Of a stretch of 64,000 nt of DNA, positions 48,783 to 57,655 are shown one piece after another. Both the position numbers and the translations under genes were made by a program. Source of the stretch: Acidobacteriota bacterium (GTDB taxonomy: Bacteria > Acidobacteriota > Terriglobia > Bryobacterales > UBA6623); the NCBI GenBank assembly GCA_027592785.1, contig JAQCLD010000001.1, positions 36,477-100,476 on the forward strand. Reading direction: 5' to 3'. The notes under the pieces were generated by a model. The model made no database searches. It had not been told where the DNA came from and saw only the letters and a program-made list of their open reading frames with translations. Each line of letters begins with the position of its first letter. The stretch's first letter is position 1.

Positions 48783-50618
48783 CTATCGGGAGGGCTCGCC
48801 TGGTTTTTCCAGAGTAAACGCGCGGAATCCTTCGTAAAGGCGCCCCGCTCCGTCAACGCCTAGCAGGCGAAGCGAGAAGGTTGCTGGATAGCGGTCCGTC
48901 AAACCGGACGGTATCTGGAAGCGCCCGAACTGGTCTGTTGCGATCACTTGGGCGGAGCGACCGGAACCGGAGACCTCGCCAATCCAGAGCCAGGCCATCT
49001 GCTTGGCCGCTTCGGTCGACTTCGTCACCGTCGCATTGAAGTCATAGGTTTCGCCGGCGACTAAATTCGGTTGGTCGGGGAATTGGATCTCAAAGGGCAA
49101 TTCTGCCGGTCGCGCCTCAACGTCCTTGGGAACAACTCGACGGGCTTCCAGGTAGTAGCGCTTGTTGAAGCTTTCCTTCTTGCCTTCCCGGCGCACATAG
49201 AGCACCCAGTCGTGGTTTGTGTCAGGCGGGGACCCACGATAACGATCGCCCTTGAACTTCTTCTTCTCGTCTAGCCAGGAACCGTCAACGGGGTTGAACC
49301 AGCTGACGTCGTAGTCGCTCTTGGGCACCAACAGATCCACGGGCCCCGGCTCTTCCATGTAAACCACGTACTCGACGCCTTTCGCTTCGTCCCAGCCGTC
49401 GATGTATTGCAGGGACAACGCGTGTCCGCCGCTGAGCCGGTAATAGGGCTGCAGGTCGAAGTAGCGTGTCTGCCCGAAGAAATCGAACAGATGCGTGGCG
49501 GCCTGGACGCCGGCGGTTTCTTGGGCGCTCAACTCGTTGGCGCTGGCATAGGTCGGATAAGAGCCGCGAATGGCGACCCGCCACATGCGCTTCCTGAGCT
49601 CATCGCTGTTGATGGCGCCTTCGACGCCGACTCCCGCGTTCACCACCGGCAGCAAATGGGTTTCATAGTCGATGACAGCTAAGCTGTCGCTGGCGCCCTG
49701 GTGGGTGATGTAGGTCATCCAGCCGTCTCCGATAATCGGACTCGAAGTCGCTTGCGTGTGGGTCGACCGCGGATGCTGATAGGGATCGAGGCGCTGCACC
49801 AGGCCCATCGCTTCATGCAAGAGGCTGCGTCCCTCTTTGTAGCTTTCGAACTTCTCAAGGCCCTGCCAAGTGATGTTGTATGCGCCGTAGCGAGCGACAA
49901 CGTAGCGTATGTAGCGTTCTCGCTGTTCACTCTGAGGCAACAAGTCGGCCAACTCGTTGTCCGCTCCTGCGAAGAGCAAATCTACAACGATCCCCTTCGA
50001 GTTCAAGTACTCGATACGCCGGTCCAGTTCTCGAAAGTGATCCACCGAGGGCTGGTCAGGTTCGGCGAACACGGTCTTGGCCGAGTCGGAGGCGCCAAGC
50101 ACGAGGCCGCGCAGATGATTGAACTTCTGTTGCGCGCGTGAGTCCACCAGGTTCGTGAACGTTTCCCAGGGCATGGTCGAAAAGCCCAGGCTTGTGAAGC
50201 CCATCCAGTAGTGCGGACTCTCCGGCGCGCTGTAACGGAAGTAGCGACTGTTGAAGACTTCGATGAACCCGGGAGTCCGAGCTGGGGCTGCCTGAAACGA
50301 AAAAATCTTCTTGTCGATCGCGGGAATGTTGGAGATCAAGCGAAGATCCCAGCGCCCCTCAAAGTCTGGAGCGAAACGGATGCGAAATGTGCGTGCTCCA
50401 TCCCAGAAGGCGCGCATCACCTTGGTGGAGCCGCCCTTTGGAGAACGGAACTCGGCGCGTAATTGGACCGTTGCGTAAGGGTTCGGATGAGCAGCGATGT
50501 CGGCTGCGCTGAATTCGACGGTGATTTCGCAAGGCTCATAAACCGGCGCAGAATCGCATACCACGACCTGCGCGGGGAGCACGGCCACGAAAACTAGCGC
50601 GGCTAAAAGACCTTTCAT
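48783..50618 (-). CDS. secreted protein, possibly a DUF5060/DUF4038-type glycoside hydrolase
   Basis: 611 aa with a signal peptide. The N-terminal Ig-like segment followed by a TIM-barrel-like region (YWMGFTS...FNHLRGLVLG...) resembles my memory of DUF5060+DUF4038 proteins. The function call is weak. Confidence 0.5.
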   Translation of the reverse strand: MKGLLAALVFVAVLPAQVVVCDSAPVYEPCEITVEFSAADIAAHPNPYATVQLRAEFRSPKGGSTKVMRAFWDGARTFRIRFAPDFEGRWDLRLISNIPAIDKKIFSFQAAPARTPGFIEVFNSRYFRYSAPESPHYWMGFTSLGFSTMPWETFTNLVDSRAQQKFNHLRGLVLGASDSAKTVFAEPDQPSVDHFRELDRRIEYLNSKGIVVDLLFAGADNELADLLPQSEQRERYIRYVVARYGAYNITWQGLEKFESYKEGRSLLHEAMGLVQRLDPYQHPRSTHTQATSSPIIGDGWMTYITHQGASDSLAVIDYETHLLPVVNAGVGVEGAINSDELRKRMWRVAIRGSYPTYASANELSAQETAGVQAATHLFDFFGQTRYFDLQPYYRLSGGHALSLQYIDGWDEAKGVEYVVYMEEPGPVDLLVPKSDYDVSWFNPVDGSWLDEKKKFKGDRYRGSPPDTNHDWVLYVRREGKKESFNKRYYLEARRVVPKDVEARPAELPFEIQFPDQPNLVAGETYDFNATVTKSTEAAKQMAWLWIGEVSGSGRSAQVIATDQFGRFQIPSGLTDRYPATFSLRLLGVDGAGRLYEGFRAFTLEKPGEPSR

Positions 50619-50661
50619 CGTGACTTGAGAATAGAACGGAGGCTCTTGCGGAGCAAATCGT

Positions 50662-51270
50662 CTACCGGCTCGGAAGCTGAACCGAAGACAGTAGCCGCTC
50701 GATATGCTTCGCCAGAACGTCGCATTCCAAGTTGACGCGATCGCCTGGCCTGCGGTCCGCTAGATTGGTTTCGCGATAGGTGTGGGGAATGACCGCAACC
50801 TCGATCACATCGCCGTCTAGTCGGGCGACCGTCAAACTGATGCCGTCGATCGTCACGCTTCCTTTGTAAACCAAGTACTTCAGAGTTTCCTCGGGTGCGC
50901 GAACGCGGAGCGTCCAGTTGTCGTCGCCGGCTGGGGCGACTTCCAAGAATTCGCCGGTTGCGTCGACGTGTCCTTGGACGAAATGTCCCGAGAGGCGGCT
51001 GGTTGGGAGCAGCGGCCGTTCTAGGTTCACGCGGCGCCCAGGTTCAAGATCGCCGAGATTAGTCCGCGCCATTGTCTCCGGCGAGAGGTCGGCCGCGAAG
51101 CCTTCAGACGTAATTTCAATCGCAGTCAGGCAGCAGCCGTTTACGGCGATCGAACCGCCTATCTCCAGGTCAGAGAGAATGACCGCGGCATCGATCTCGA
51201 TGCGCGCGCCAGTCTGATGGCGATTGACCGACTTGACGGCGCCGGTTTCTTCGATGATGCCCGTAAACAA
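50662..51270 (-). CDS. ribE: riboflavin synthase
   Basis: 202 aa: MFTGIIEETGAV...GGSIAVNGCCLT...GSVTIDGISLTV, the duplicated lumazine-binding repeats. Confidence 0.95.
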   Translation of the reverse strand: MFTGIIEETGAVKSVNRHQTGARIEIDAAVILSDLEIGGSIAVNGCCLTAIEITSEGFAADLSPETMARTNLGDLEPGRRVNLERPLLPTSRLSGHFVQGHVDATGEFLEVAPAGDDNWTLRVRAPEETLKYLVYKGSVTIDGISLTVARLDGDVIEVAVIPHTYRETNLADRRPGDRVNLECDVLAKHIERLLSSVQLPSR

Positions 51271-51280
51271 GGTCGTTCCT

Positions 51281-52384
51281 CTACAGGTAGGCCTCGACCG
51301 CGAACTCGTCTTCTCCCACCATAAATGTGCTCAGGCCGTGCAGACGAATTGCTCCAGACCGGCTGCGCCGTCCGATGCCGCCCGCCATGGGCAGAGAATC
51401 GAGTCCGCCGAGAATCTTGGGTGCATAGTAGATCAGCACTTTGTCGACGATACCGTCGTCGAGTGAGGCCCAATTCAGTTTCGCTCCGGCCTCGACCATC
51501 AGCGAAAGCAGCCTCTCTTTCGCCGCCCAATCTATCACCGCCCTGAGGTCGACGCGGCCGAGCGGAGCATCCATGACGTGGACGGGAACGCCGCGCTCTT
51601 CGAGCAGCTCCTTGCGCTTGGGCACCGCGGCAGAGGTTGTCATCACCACGAGGTCGTTGTCGTAGGATGCGACCAATTGGGATTCTACCGGCAACCGACA
51701 GAGTGAATCGACCACGATCCTCATCAGCGGTTTTCGTCGAGGTATCCCCGACCGATCCGTCAGCAGCGGATCGTCTTCCAGCACGGTGCCAATTCCAGTT
51801 AGGATCGCATCGTGGCCGTGCCGTACTTCATGGACGTGCTGGCGGGCCGCTCCACTGGTGATCCAACCGCTGTTGTCGTCGGGCGCGGCAATCTTGCCGT
51901 CCAACGTGGCTGCGGTCTTCAAGGTGACAAACGGGCGCCCGGTCCGCATGTAGTGAAAGAAGGGCTCGTTCAATCGGGCGGCTTCGCGCCGGAATTCCTC
52001 GGCAACCTCGACTTCGATCCCGGCTGCACGTAAGCGCTCGAAGCCCTTGCCGGAAACGTCGGGATTACCATCTTCCAACGGCGCGACGACTCGCCGAATT
52101 CCTGCCGCGGCGATGGCGTCGGAGCACGGACCGGTGCGCCCTTGGTGGCTGCAAGGTTCCAAGGTGACGTAGAGAGTACCGCCGCGGACGCTCTCTCCCG
52201 CGCGATCCAAAGCGACGATCTCGGCATGTTTCACACCGTCGTACGTGTGGAATCCATGGCCTGCCAGGTCGCCATTTTGGTCGATCACAACGGCGCCGAC
52301 CATCGGGTTGGGGCTGGCTAGGGCCTGACCTTTGGCGGCAAGCTCAAGCGCTAGCCTCAAGAACTGACGGTCCAGGTCGGTCAT
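51281..52384 (-). CDS. ribD: bifunctional diaminohydroxyphosphoribosylaminopyrimidine deaminase / 5-amino-6-(5-phosphoribosylamino)uracil reductase
   Basis: 367 aa. The deaminase motifs are HAE and [11 protein letters not shown], followed by the C-terminal reductase domain. The ATG overlaps the ftsY TGA (ATGA). Confidence 0.95.
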   Translation of the reverse strand: MTDLDRQFLRLALELAAKGQALASPNPMVGAVVIDQNGDLAGHGFHTYDGVKHAEIVALDRAGESVRGGTLYVTLEPCSHQGRTGPCSDAIAAAGIRRVVAPLEDGNPDVSGKGFERLRAAGIEVEVAEEFRREAARLNEPFFHYMRTGRPFVTLKTAATLDGKIAAPDDNSGWITSGAARQHVHEVRHGHDAILTGIGTVLEDDPLLTDRSGIPRRKPLMRIVVDSLCRLPVESQLVASYDNDLVVMTTSAAVPKRKELLEERGVPVHVMDAPLGRVDLRAVIDWAAKERLLSLMVEAGAKLNWASLDDGIVDKVLIYYAPKILGGLDSLPMAGGIGRRSRSGAIRLHGLSTFMVGEDEFAVEAYL

Positions 52385-53373
52385 ACTTCAAACAACGCTC
52401 GTACGAATGTTTCCGGATCGAACTTCTCTAGATCTTCCAGCTGTTCGCCCACGCCAATATATCGAATCGGCAGCTTAAGTTCGCTGACGATGGCCACGAC
52501 GATGCCGCCTTTGGCTGTGCCGTCAAGCTTGGAGAGGACCAATCCGGTCACGCCCGCTGTTTTGGTGAACTGACGCGCCTGTTCCAGCCCGTTCTGGCCG
52601 GTCACTGCGTCAACGACCAGCAGGACCTCGTGAGGCGAGCCGGGGACCAGTCGTTCCGACGTCCGCTTCATTTTCTCAAGTTCGGCCATGAGGCCGGACT
52701 TATTGTGCAGCCGACCAGCGGTATCGACGATGACGACATCGATGTCACGGGCTTTAGCGGCTTGCAGAGCATCGAACAGCACGGCGCTGGGATCCGAACC
52801 CGTTTGTTGGCGGATGACTGCGGTACCGGTTCTTTCGCCCCAAACTTCAAGCTGTTCGATGGCCGCCGCGCGAAACGTATCGGCTGCGCATAACAGCACA
52901 CTCTTGCCTTGGCTCTTGAGGTAGTGTGTGAGCTTGCCGATTGTGGTCGTCTTCCCGGTGCCGTTGACGCCTACGACCATGATGACCTGCGGATGGGCGT
53001 CGATCACCGGCGAACTGTCGCCTGCACGCTCCAGAATTGTCGCCATGTGCTTGGCTAGATGAGCCTTGAGTTCCGATGGATCTTTGAGCTGATTACGGCT
53101 CAATTGGTCGCGAACAGCGGAAAGGATCTCATCCGTGGTGCGAACCCCGATGTCCGCACTGATCAGCGCCATCTCTAGTTCTTCCAGCAGCTCCTCGTCG
53201 ATCTCCTTCTTGCCTTGGAAGATATCGTCAATCCGCTCGACCAGTTCGTCGCGGGTCTTGGCCACCGCTTTCTGGAAGCGCTCGTAGATTGTGGGCTCCG
53301 GAGGGGGCCCGAACAAAGTCTGAATCATGATCTGGAAGACGCCGCCGACGGTTTCCGGCGTCGCTTTTTCCAT
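52381..53373 (-). CDS. ftsY: signal recognition particle receptor FtsY
   Basis: 330 aa with an NG domain. Motifs are [19 protein letters not shown] and [10 protein letters not shown]-type ([10 protein letters not shown]). An internal Met 15 codons in is an alternative start. Confidence 0.95.
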   Translation of the reverse strand: MEKATPETVGGVFQIMIQTLFGPPPEPTIYERFQKAVAKTRDELVERIDDIFQGKKEIDEELLEELEMALISADIGVRTTDEILSAVRDQLSRNQLKDPSELKAHLAKHMATILERAGDSSPVIDAHPQVIMVVGVNGTGKTTTIGKLTHYLKSQGKSVLLCAADTFRAAAIEQLEVWGERTGTAVIRQQTGSDPSAVLFDALQAAKARDIDVVIVDTAGRLHNKSGLMAELEKMKRTSERLVPGSPHEVLLVVDAVTGQNGLEQARQFTKTAGVTGLVLSKLDGTAKGGIVVAIVSELKLPIRYIGVGEQLEDLEKFDPETFVRALFEV

Positions 53374-53587
53374 TTTACCAGCGTGGACTGGGCAATTCCC
53401 CCAGGTTCGCCAGCAGCCAGCGAGGATCGGCTAGGTACGAAGGTTCTAGAGTCCTCTAGGACGGTCGCCGTAATACCTGGTACTACGCCAGATGTGGTAC
53501 CTGCGGTAAGCCCATTGTTCAATTGCCGGTACTGAATCGCCAGGGATAGGATGCTTCTAGTACTAGTAACTTGCCGAGGTGAGGCTC

Positions 53588-53782
53588 ATGAAAAACAGGA
53601 TTTGGAAGAAATTCATTCAACTCTCGATCTGGAAAGACGAACGCGGCCAGGACATGGTCGAATATGCGCTGATGTGCGGTTTCATCACCGTCGCTGCCGG
53701 CGCTGCGTTTCCGCCGGTGGGCGATCAGATCTCGGAGATCTTTTCGAAGCTCAACAGCACGCTCGAAGCGGCCGTGCAGTAG
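53588..53782 (+). CDS. Flp-family type IVb pilin
   Basis: 64 aa from ATG at 53588, with GAGG 8 nt upstream. The leader reads MKNRIWKKFIQLSIWKDERG. The Flp motif QDMVEYALMCGFITVAAGAAF follows, with predicted prepilin cleavage after Gly. Confidence 0.75.
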   Translation: MKNRIWKKFIQLSIWKDERGQDMVEYALMCGFITVAAGAAFPPVGDQISEIFSKLNSTLEAAVQ

Positions 53783-53846
53783 ACCGACCCAAGCGGGCCT
53801 CGAACGGAGCCATCCCCTCGGCAATCCCCGTTGTTCGTCCGTTTGA

Positions 53847-54719
53847 CTAGGTACTGTTCGGCTCAAGCGCAGACCGGCGCTCTAGAACTGAGTTGAACTC
53901 GCATCCGAGTAGGACGATTACGCTCGACAGGTACGTCCAGATCAGCAGCACAATTACGGCCGAGATGCTGCCGTAGAACTCGCGATAGCGAGGGATGGTC
54001 TGGACGTACACCGTAAAAAGCCCCGTTGCCGGCGCCCACAGGCCTGCCGCCAGCGCGGCGCCGGGCAATATTCCGCGCCACGATTGTTCGCGGTGAGGCG
54101 CCAGGTAGTAAAGCAAAGACAGCATAAGCGTTACCGTTGGCAGGGCGACAATCCACCAAGCCGCTAACGCGCCGATGCTCACCGCCTCGGAGTTGACTCC
54201 CATCGGCAACACCCATCCGATCGCCTGCCGCGACAGGATTAGTGCGACGTGGGCCGCGGTCAGCGGACCAATCGAAAGGAACACCAGGGCGATCGCCACG
54301 GCGTAATCGTGCAACAGCGTGCTACGGCGCGGTGCGCCGTAGGCGGCACGGAAGCCTTCCATGAGGCTGATGACTAGATCGGCGGCGAAGAGTAAGGATG
54401 CCGTTGCGGCAACCAACAGCACGGTGGTCGAATAGTCTTCCGCTACCGTCAAGTAATCAGCGAGGAGCACTCGGACGCGCGGCGGCAGTACGGCGCCCAT
54501 GGCTAGCGAAATTTCATCCAGCGTCTGTTGGGCGTTGTTGCGCAACAACAGGTTCGTTACGACGACGAGACCAGGGAACAGTGCCAGGACTGCTGAGTAA
54601 GAAACCGCTTTCGCCAAGATGAAACAGTTGTCGGCAACGGCATGCCGAAAGGCCGCCCCGAAATCGGAAGCCCACTGTTTCACCCCGCCCAATAATTCCT
54701 CCTTCTCCGCCCTTAGCAT
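53847..54719 (-). CDS. YihY/BrkB-family (formerly called ribonuclease BN-like) membrane protein
   Basis: Start chosen at MLRAEKEELLGG.... The motif NCFILAKAVSYSAVLALFPGLVV is followed by 6 TM helices. The maximal ORF (to 54893) would overlap the divergent Rrf2 gene. Confidence 0.75.
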   Translation of the reverse strand: MLRAEKEELLGGVKQWASDFGAAFRHAVADNCFILAKAVSYSAVLALFPGLVVVTNLLLRNNAQQTLDEISLAMGAVLPPRVRVLLADYLTVAEDYSTTVLLVAATASLLFAADLVISLMEGFRAAYGAPRRSTLLHDYAVAIALVFLSIGPLTAAHVALILSRQAIGWVLPMGVNSEAVSIGALAAWWIVALPTVTLMLSLLYYLAPHREQSWRGILPGAALAAGLWAPATGLFTVYVQTIPRYREFYGSISAVIVLLIWTYLSSVIVLLGCEFNSVLERRSALEPNST

Positions 54720-54778
54720 GTCACGGCGGGAGACTGGGCAGGACCATTCTCCTAGTCGACGCCCCCGACTCAGGTCAA

Positions 54779-54799
54779 TCTCTAGTAAATTGATAGAGA
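54779..54799. promoter_or_regulatory. AT-rich inverted repeat immediately upstream of the Rrf2 regulator gene (candidate operator)
   Basis: TCTCTA-GTAAATTGA-TAGAGA has perfect 6-bp arms and a 9-nt AT-rich spacer. It lies 6 nt before the ATG, in an otherwise GC-rich genome. Confidence 0.25.
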
Positions 54800-54804
54800 A
54801 TGTC

Positions 54805-55239
54805 ATGGATGTCTCTGTAAAAGGTGAATACGCCCTCAGGGCAGTGTTTGAGTTGGCCTGTCGGGAGACGGACGAGCCGATCAAGATTGCCAAGATCGCT
54901 GAGCGTCAGCAGATCCCGCAGAAGTTTCTCGAGTCGATTCTGGCTCAGCTGAAACAGGGCGGTTTCCTCGGCTCGCGGCGCGGGGCCGACGGCGGCTACT
55001 TCTTAGCGAGGCCGGCGGATAACATCACTGTGGGAGACATCTTGCGGCATATCGACGGACCGACGACGCCCGCTCAGCGGATCGGCCAAGGCGAAGTAGG
55101 CAGCGATTCGCCCTTCCCTGAGCTGTGGCAAAAGGTCGAGAGGGCGCTCTCTAGCGTGATCGACCGGACCAGCTTCGCGGACCTTGTCGTGCGCTGGAAA
55201 GAGAACCGCGCGCGCAAGGTCGTCAACTGGGACATCTAG
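54805..55239 (+). CDS. Rrf2-family transcriptional regulator (CymR/IscR-like)
   Basis: 144 aa: MDVSVKGEYALRAVFELA...IKIAKIAERQQIPQKFLESILAQLKQGGFLGSRRGADGGYFLAR. I see no three-Cys Fe-S ligand cluster. Confidence 0.85.
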   Translation: MDVSVKGEYALRAVFELACRETDEPIKIAKIAERQQIPQKFLESILAQLKQGGFLGSRRGADGGYFLARPADNITVGDILRHIDGPTTPAQRIGQGEVGSDSPFPELWQKVERALSSVIDRTSFADLVVRWKENRARKVVNWDI

Positions 55240-55251
55240 GCGGATCGATCA

Positions 55252-56208
55252 ATGGCCAAGATCTTCGAAGACAACTCCTACACCATCGGCAACACTCCGT
55301 TGGTCCGCTTAAACCGTATTACCGACGGCGCTAAGGCGATCGTTCTGGGTAAGGTCGAAGGCCGCAATCCGGCGTTTTCAGTGAAGTGCCGCATCGGCGC
55401 GTCGATGATTTGGGACGCGGAGAAGCGCGGCATCCTGAAGCCTGGCATGGAGCTCGTTGAGCCGACCAGCGGCAATACCGGCATCGCCTTGGCGTTTGTC
55501 GGCGCGGCTCGCGGCTATCGGGTCACGTTGACAATGCCGGTGACCATGTCGATCGAGCGCCGGCGGGTCTTGAAGATGCTGGGCGCCAACCTGGAACTGA
55601 CCCCGGGCGAGGACGGCATGTACGCTGCCATCGAGCGAGCCGAAAGGCTGGTTGCCGCGGCCCCGGACAAACGCATCCTCTTACACCAGTTCAAGAACCC
55701 CGCGAATCCGCGCATTCACGTCGAGACAACGGGTCCAGAAATCTGGGACGACACGGATGGTGCGATCGACGTACTCGTCGCCGGTGTCGGCACGGGCGGC
55801 ACGATTAGCGGCGTCTCGCAGTACATCAAGAAGAAGAAAAAGAAGAAGATCATCTCCGTTGCGGTTGAGCCCGAGCGCAGTCCGGTTATCCAGCAGACGC
55901 TCGACGGCCTGCCGATCCGCCCTGGGTATCACGCCGTACAGGGAATCGGCGCGGGCTTCATCCCCGACACGCTCGATCTGAAAATGGTCGACCGCGTCGA
56001 ACCTGTCAGCGACGACGAGGCGATCGAGTATGCGAGGCGCCTCGCGCGGGAAGAGGGCTTGCTCTGCGGCATCTCCTGCGGCGCGGCGACGGCAGTCGCT
56101 TGCCGGCTAGCCCGCCAGCCCGAGTTCGAAGGAAAAACCATCGTCGTCATGCTGCCCGACGCCGGCGAGCGCTATCTGTCGAGCCCGCTATTCGACAGCA
56201 TCAGCTGA
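55252..56208 (+). CDS. cysK: cysteine synthase A (O-acetylserine sulfhydrylase)
   Basis: 318 aa. The PLP-Lys region is [11 protein letters not shown]. Other motifs are [11 protein letters not shown] and [10 protein letters not shown]. Confidence 0.95.
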   Translation: MAKIFEDNSYTIGNTPLVRLNRITDGAKAIVLGKVEGRNPAFSVKCRIGASMIWDAEKRGILKPGMELVEPTSGNTGIALAFVGAARGYRVTLTMPVTMSIERRRVLKMLGANLELTPGEDGMYAAIERAERLVAAAPDKRILLHQFKNPANPRIHVETTGPEIWDDTDGAIDVLVAGVGTGGTISGVSQYIKKKKKKKIISVAVEPERSPVIQQTLDGLPIRPGYHAVQGIGAGFIPDTLDLKMVDRVEPVSDDEAIEYARRLAREEGLLCGISCGAATAVACRLARQPEFEGKTIVVMLPDAGERYLSSPLFDSIS

Positions 56209-56216
56209 CCTACGGC

Positions 56217-57233
56217 CTAGCGGGCGCCGCTGGCGGCAAGCCGTTCCGCAACCAGCCGTTGCAATACCGGCCGGGCCAGCGCAGCTAAGGTTGAATTCGC
56301 GTATCCCACCCAAGAAATCGGGCTGGTCGTATCTAGCGGGGCATCGAGTGACTCGCCTTCGGGCGTTTCGACCACGCCTCCCAACTCGGTAAGAATCATT
56401 GCCGTGCAGATGTCGTATGGGTGGCAGGTGAGCGACACGCTCAGGCCCAACTTGCGGAATGCCTGCGGCCGCAGGTCAACCCACATGCGATCTCTGCCGC
56501 TGCAGAGTTCATAAAGCTGACCGCCTGTCGAGACGTACTGATCGTCAAAAACCAGCGGCGCCGCCTGCGGCTCGGTCCCGTGCAACTCCGCCCAGAAAGC
56601 TTCTTCGAGATCAGCGAGCAACGCCTTGCCCTGAGGGAAGAACTTCGAGACCCCGGCGAAGCCTTGGCGGAAGTCTACGGCCTCGGCAGGTACCGGCCGC
56701 CAACCCGATCGGCCGCCTCCGCGGACGTCGATCGCCTCGGCGATGACCTCCTCACCGCGCACCGCGCTCAGTTGATCCGCTCTCCACTGCTTGGTCACGG
56801 GCAGTTCCGTCATCGCTGCAACGACGATGTCGCTCAGCCTCGTTTCGGGGCCTCGTTGGGGAGCGACCGCGGCTAGCGACCAAGCGCTGCGTTTGTCGTG
56901 CATCCAGCTGCGTGTACCGTCGATCGGGTCGACGATGCACTTCCACTTGGTGTCGCTGACGCGAAACCCGGCTGGGAAGACGAGAGCCTCGTCGTCGATG
57001 CCTTCCATCACCAGTTCGACCGGTGCACTGGAAGGCCAATGACGCGACATCCAGTCGACGACCGTCCCTTCGACGATTTTGTCGATTTGAAAGATCGTGT
57101 CGGCCTTGGTCTCCGCCGCGATCGCTGAAAGTTGGCCTCGTGTTGCTCCGGCTTGTGCCTCTAGGACAGTTTCGAGAATGGCGTCCTCAAGACGGCAAAG
57201 CAGAACGCGGAGTTCGTCGGTGTGTTGCGGCAC
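56217..57233 (-). CDS. inositol monophosphatase/FBPase-superfamily protein
   Basis: 338 aa with the metal-binding motif VDPIDGTRS. The GTG start lies 73 nt inside the upstream rhodanese ORF. Confidence 0.7.
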   Translation of the reverse strand: MPQHTDELRVLLCRLEDAILETVLEAQAGATRGQLSAIAAETKADTIFQIDKIVEGTVVDWMSRHWPSSAPVELVMEGIDDEALVFPAGFRVSDTKWKCIVDPIDGTRSWMHDKRSAWSLAAVAPQRGPETRLSDIVVAAMTELPVTKQWRADQLSAVRGEEVIAEAIDVRGGGRSGWRPVPAEAVDFRQGFAGVSKFFPQGKALLADLEEAFWAELHGTEPQAAPLVFDDQYVSTGGQLYELCSGRDRMWVDLRPQAFRKLGLSVSLTCHPYDICTAMILTELGGVVETPEGESLDAPLDTTSPISWVGYANSTLAALARPVLQRLVAERLAASGAR

Positions 57234-57619
57234 GGCGCCTCAGAGTCGGACACTTCATCGATCGGCATGCTGGCGTCTTTCCATGCCCGCCACCCGCCTG
57301 CCAGCGAAAACACTGACTGGTAGCCCATCTGTTGGAGCGCATCCGCGGCAAGCGCGGAGCGATATCCGCCGCCGCAGTACAGCACGATCTTCTTGTCAAC
57401 TTCGGGAATGACCGTCTCGATGTCTCGCTCGATGATGCCCTTGCCCAAGTGAATCGCATCCGTCGCATGCGAGGCGGCCCATTCGGAATCCTCTCGAACA
57501 TCAACGAGCGCAAAATCTACCGACGACTCCATGTCGTCGCGAACCTCTTCGACGGAAATCTCGCGGACCCGAGACAGCGAGTCGTTGACGATGGCTAAGA
57601 ATCCCGGAGAATGCTTCAT
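57161..57619 (-). CDS. rhodanese-domain sulfurtransferase
   Basis: 152 aa. VDVREDSEW is followed by the active-site loop CGGGYRS and then GGWRAWKDA. A non-conserved tail of about 30 aa overlaps the next gene. Confidence 0.8.
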   Translation of the reverse strand: MKHSPGFLAIVNDSLSRVREISVEEVRDDMESSVDFALVDVREDSEWAASHATDAIHLGKGIIERDIETVIPEVDKKIVLYCGGGYRSALAADALQQMGYQSVFSLAGGWRAWKDASMPIDEVSDSEAPCRNTPTNSAFCFAVLRTPFSKLS

Positions 57620-57655
57620 GGTTGTCGATTCTAGCGCGGGCTCGGTGACGCGCCC

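Noticed and set aside
53374-53587. Possible sigma-54 promoter or repeated GGTAC motifs upstream of the flp gene.
   Set aside because: The GG-N10-GC spacing of the -24/-12 consensus is not met at any candidate. Three short GGTAC copies could easily be chance.
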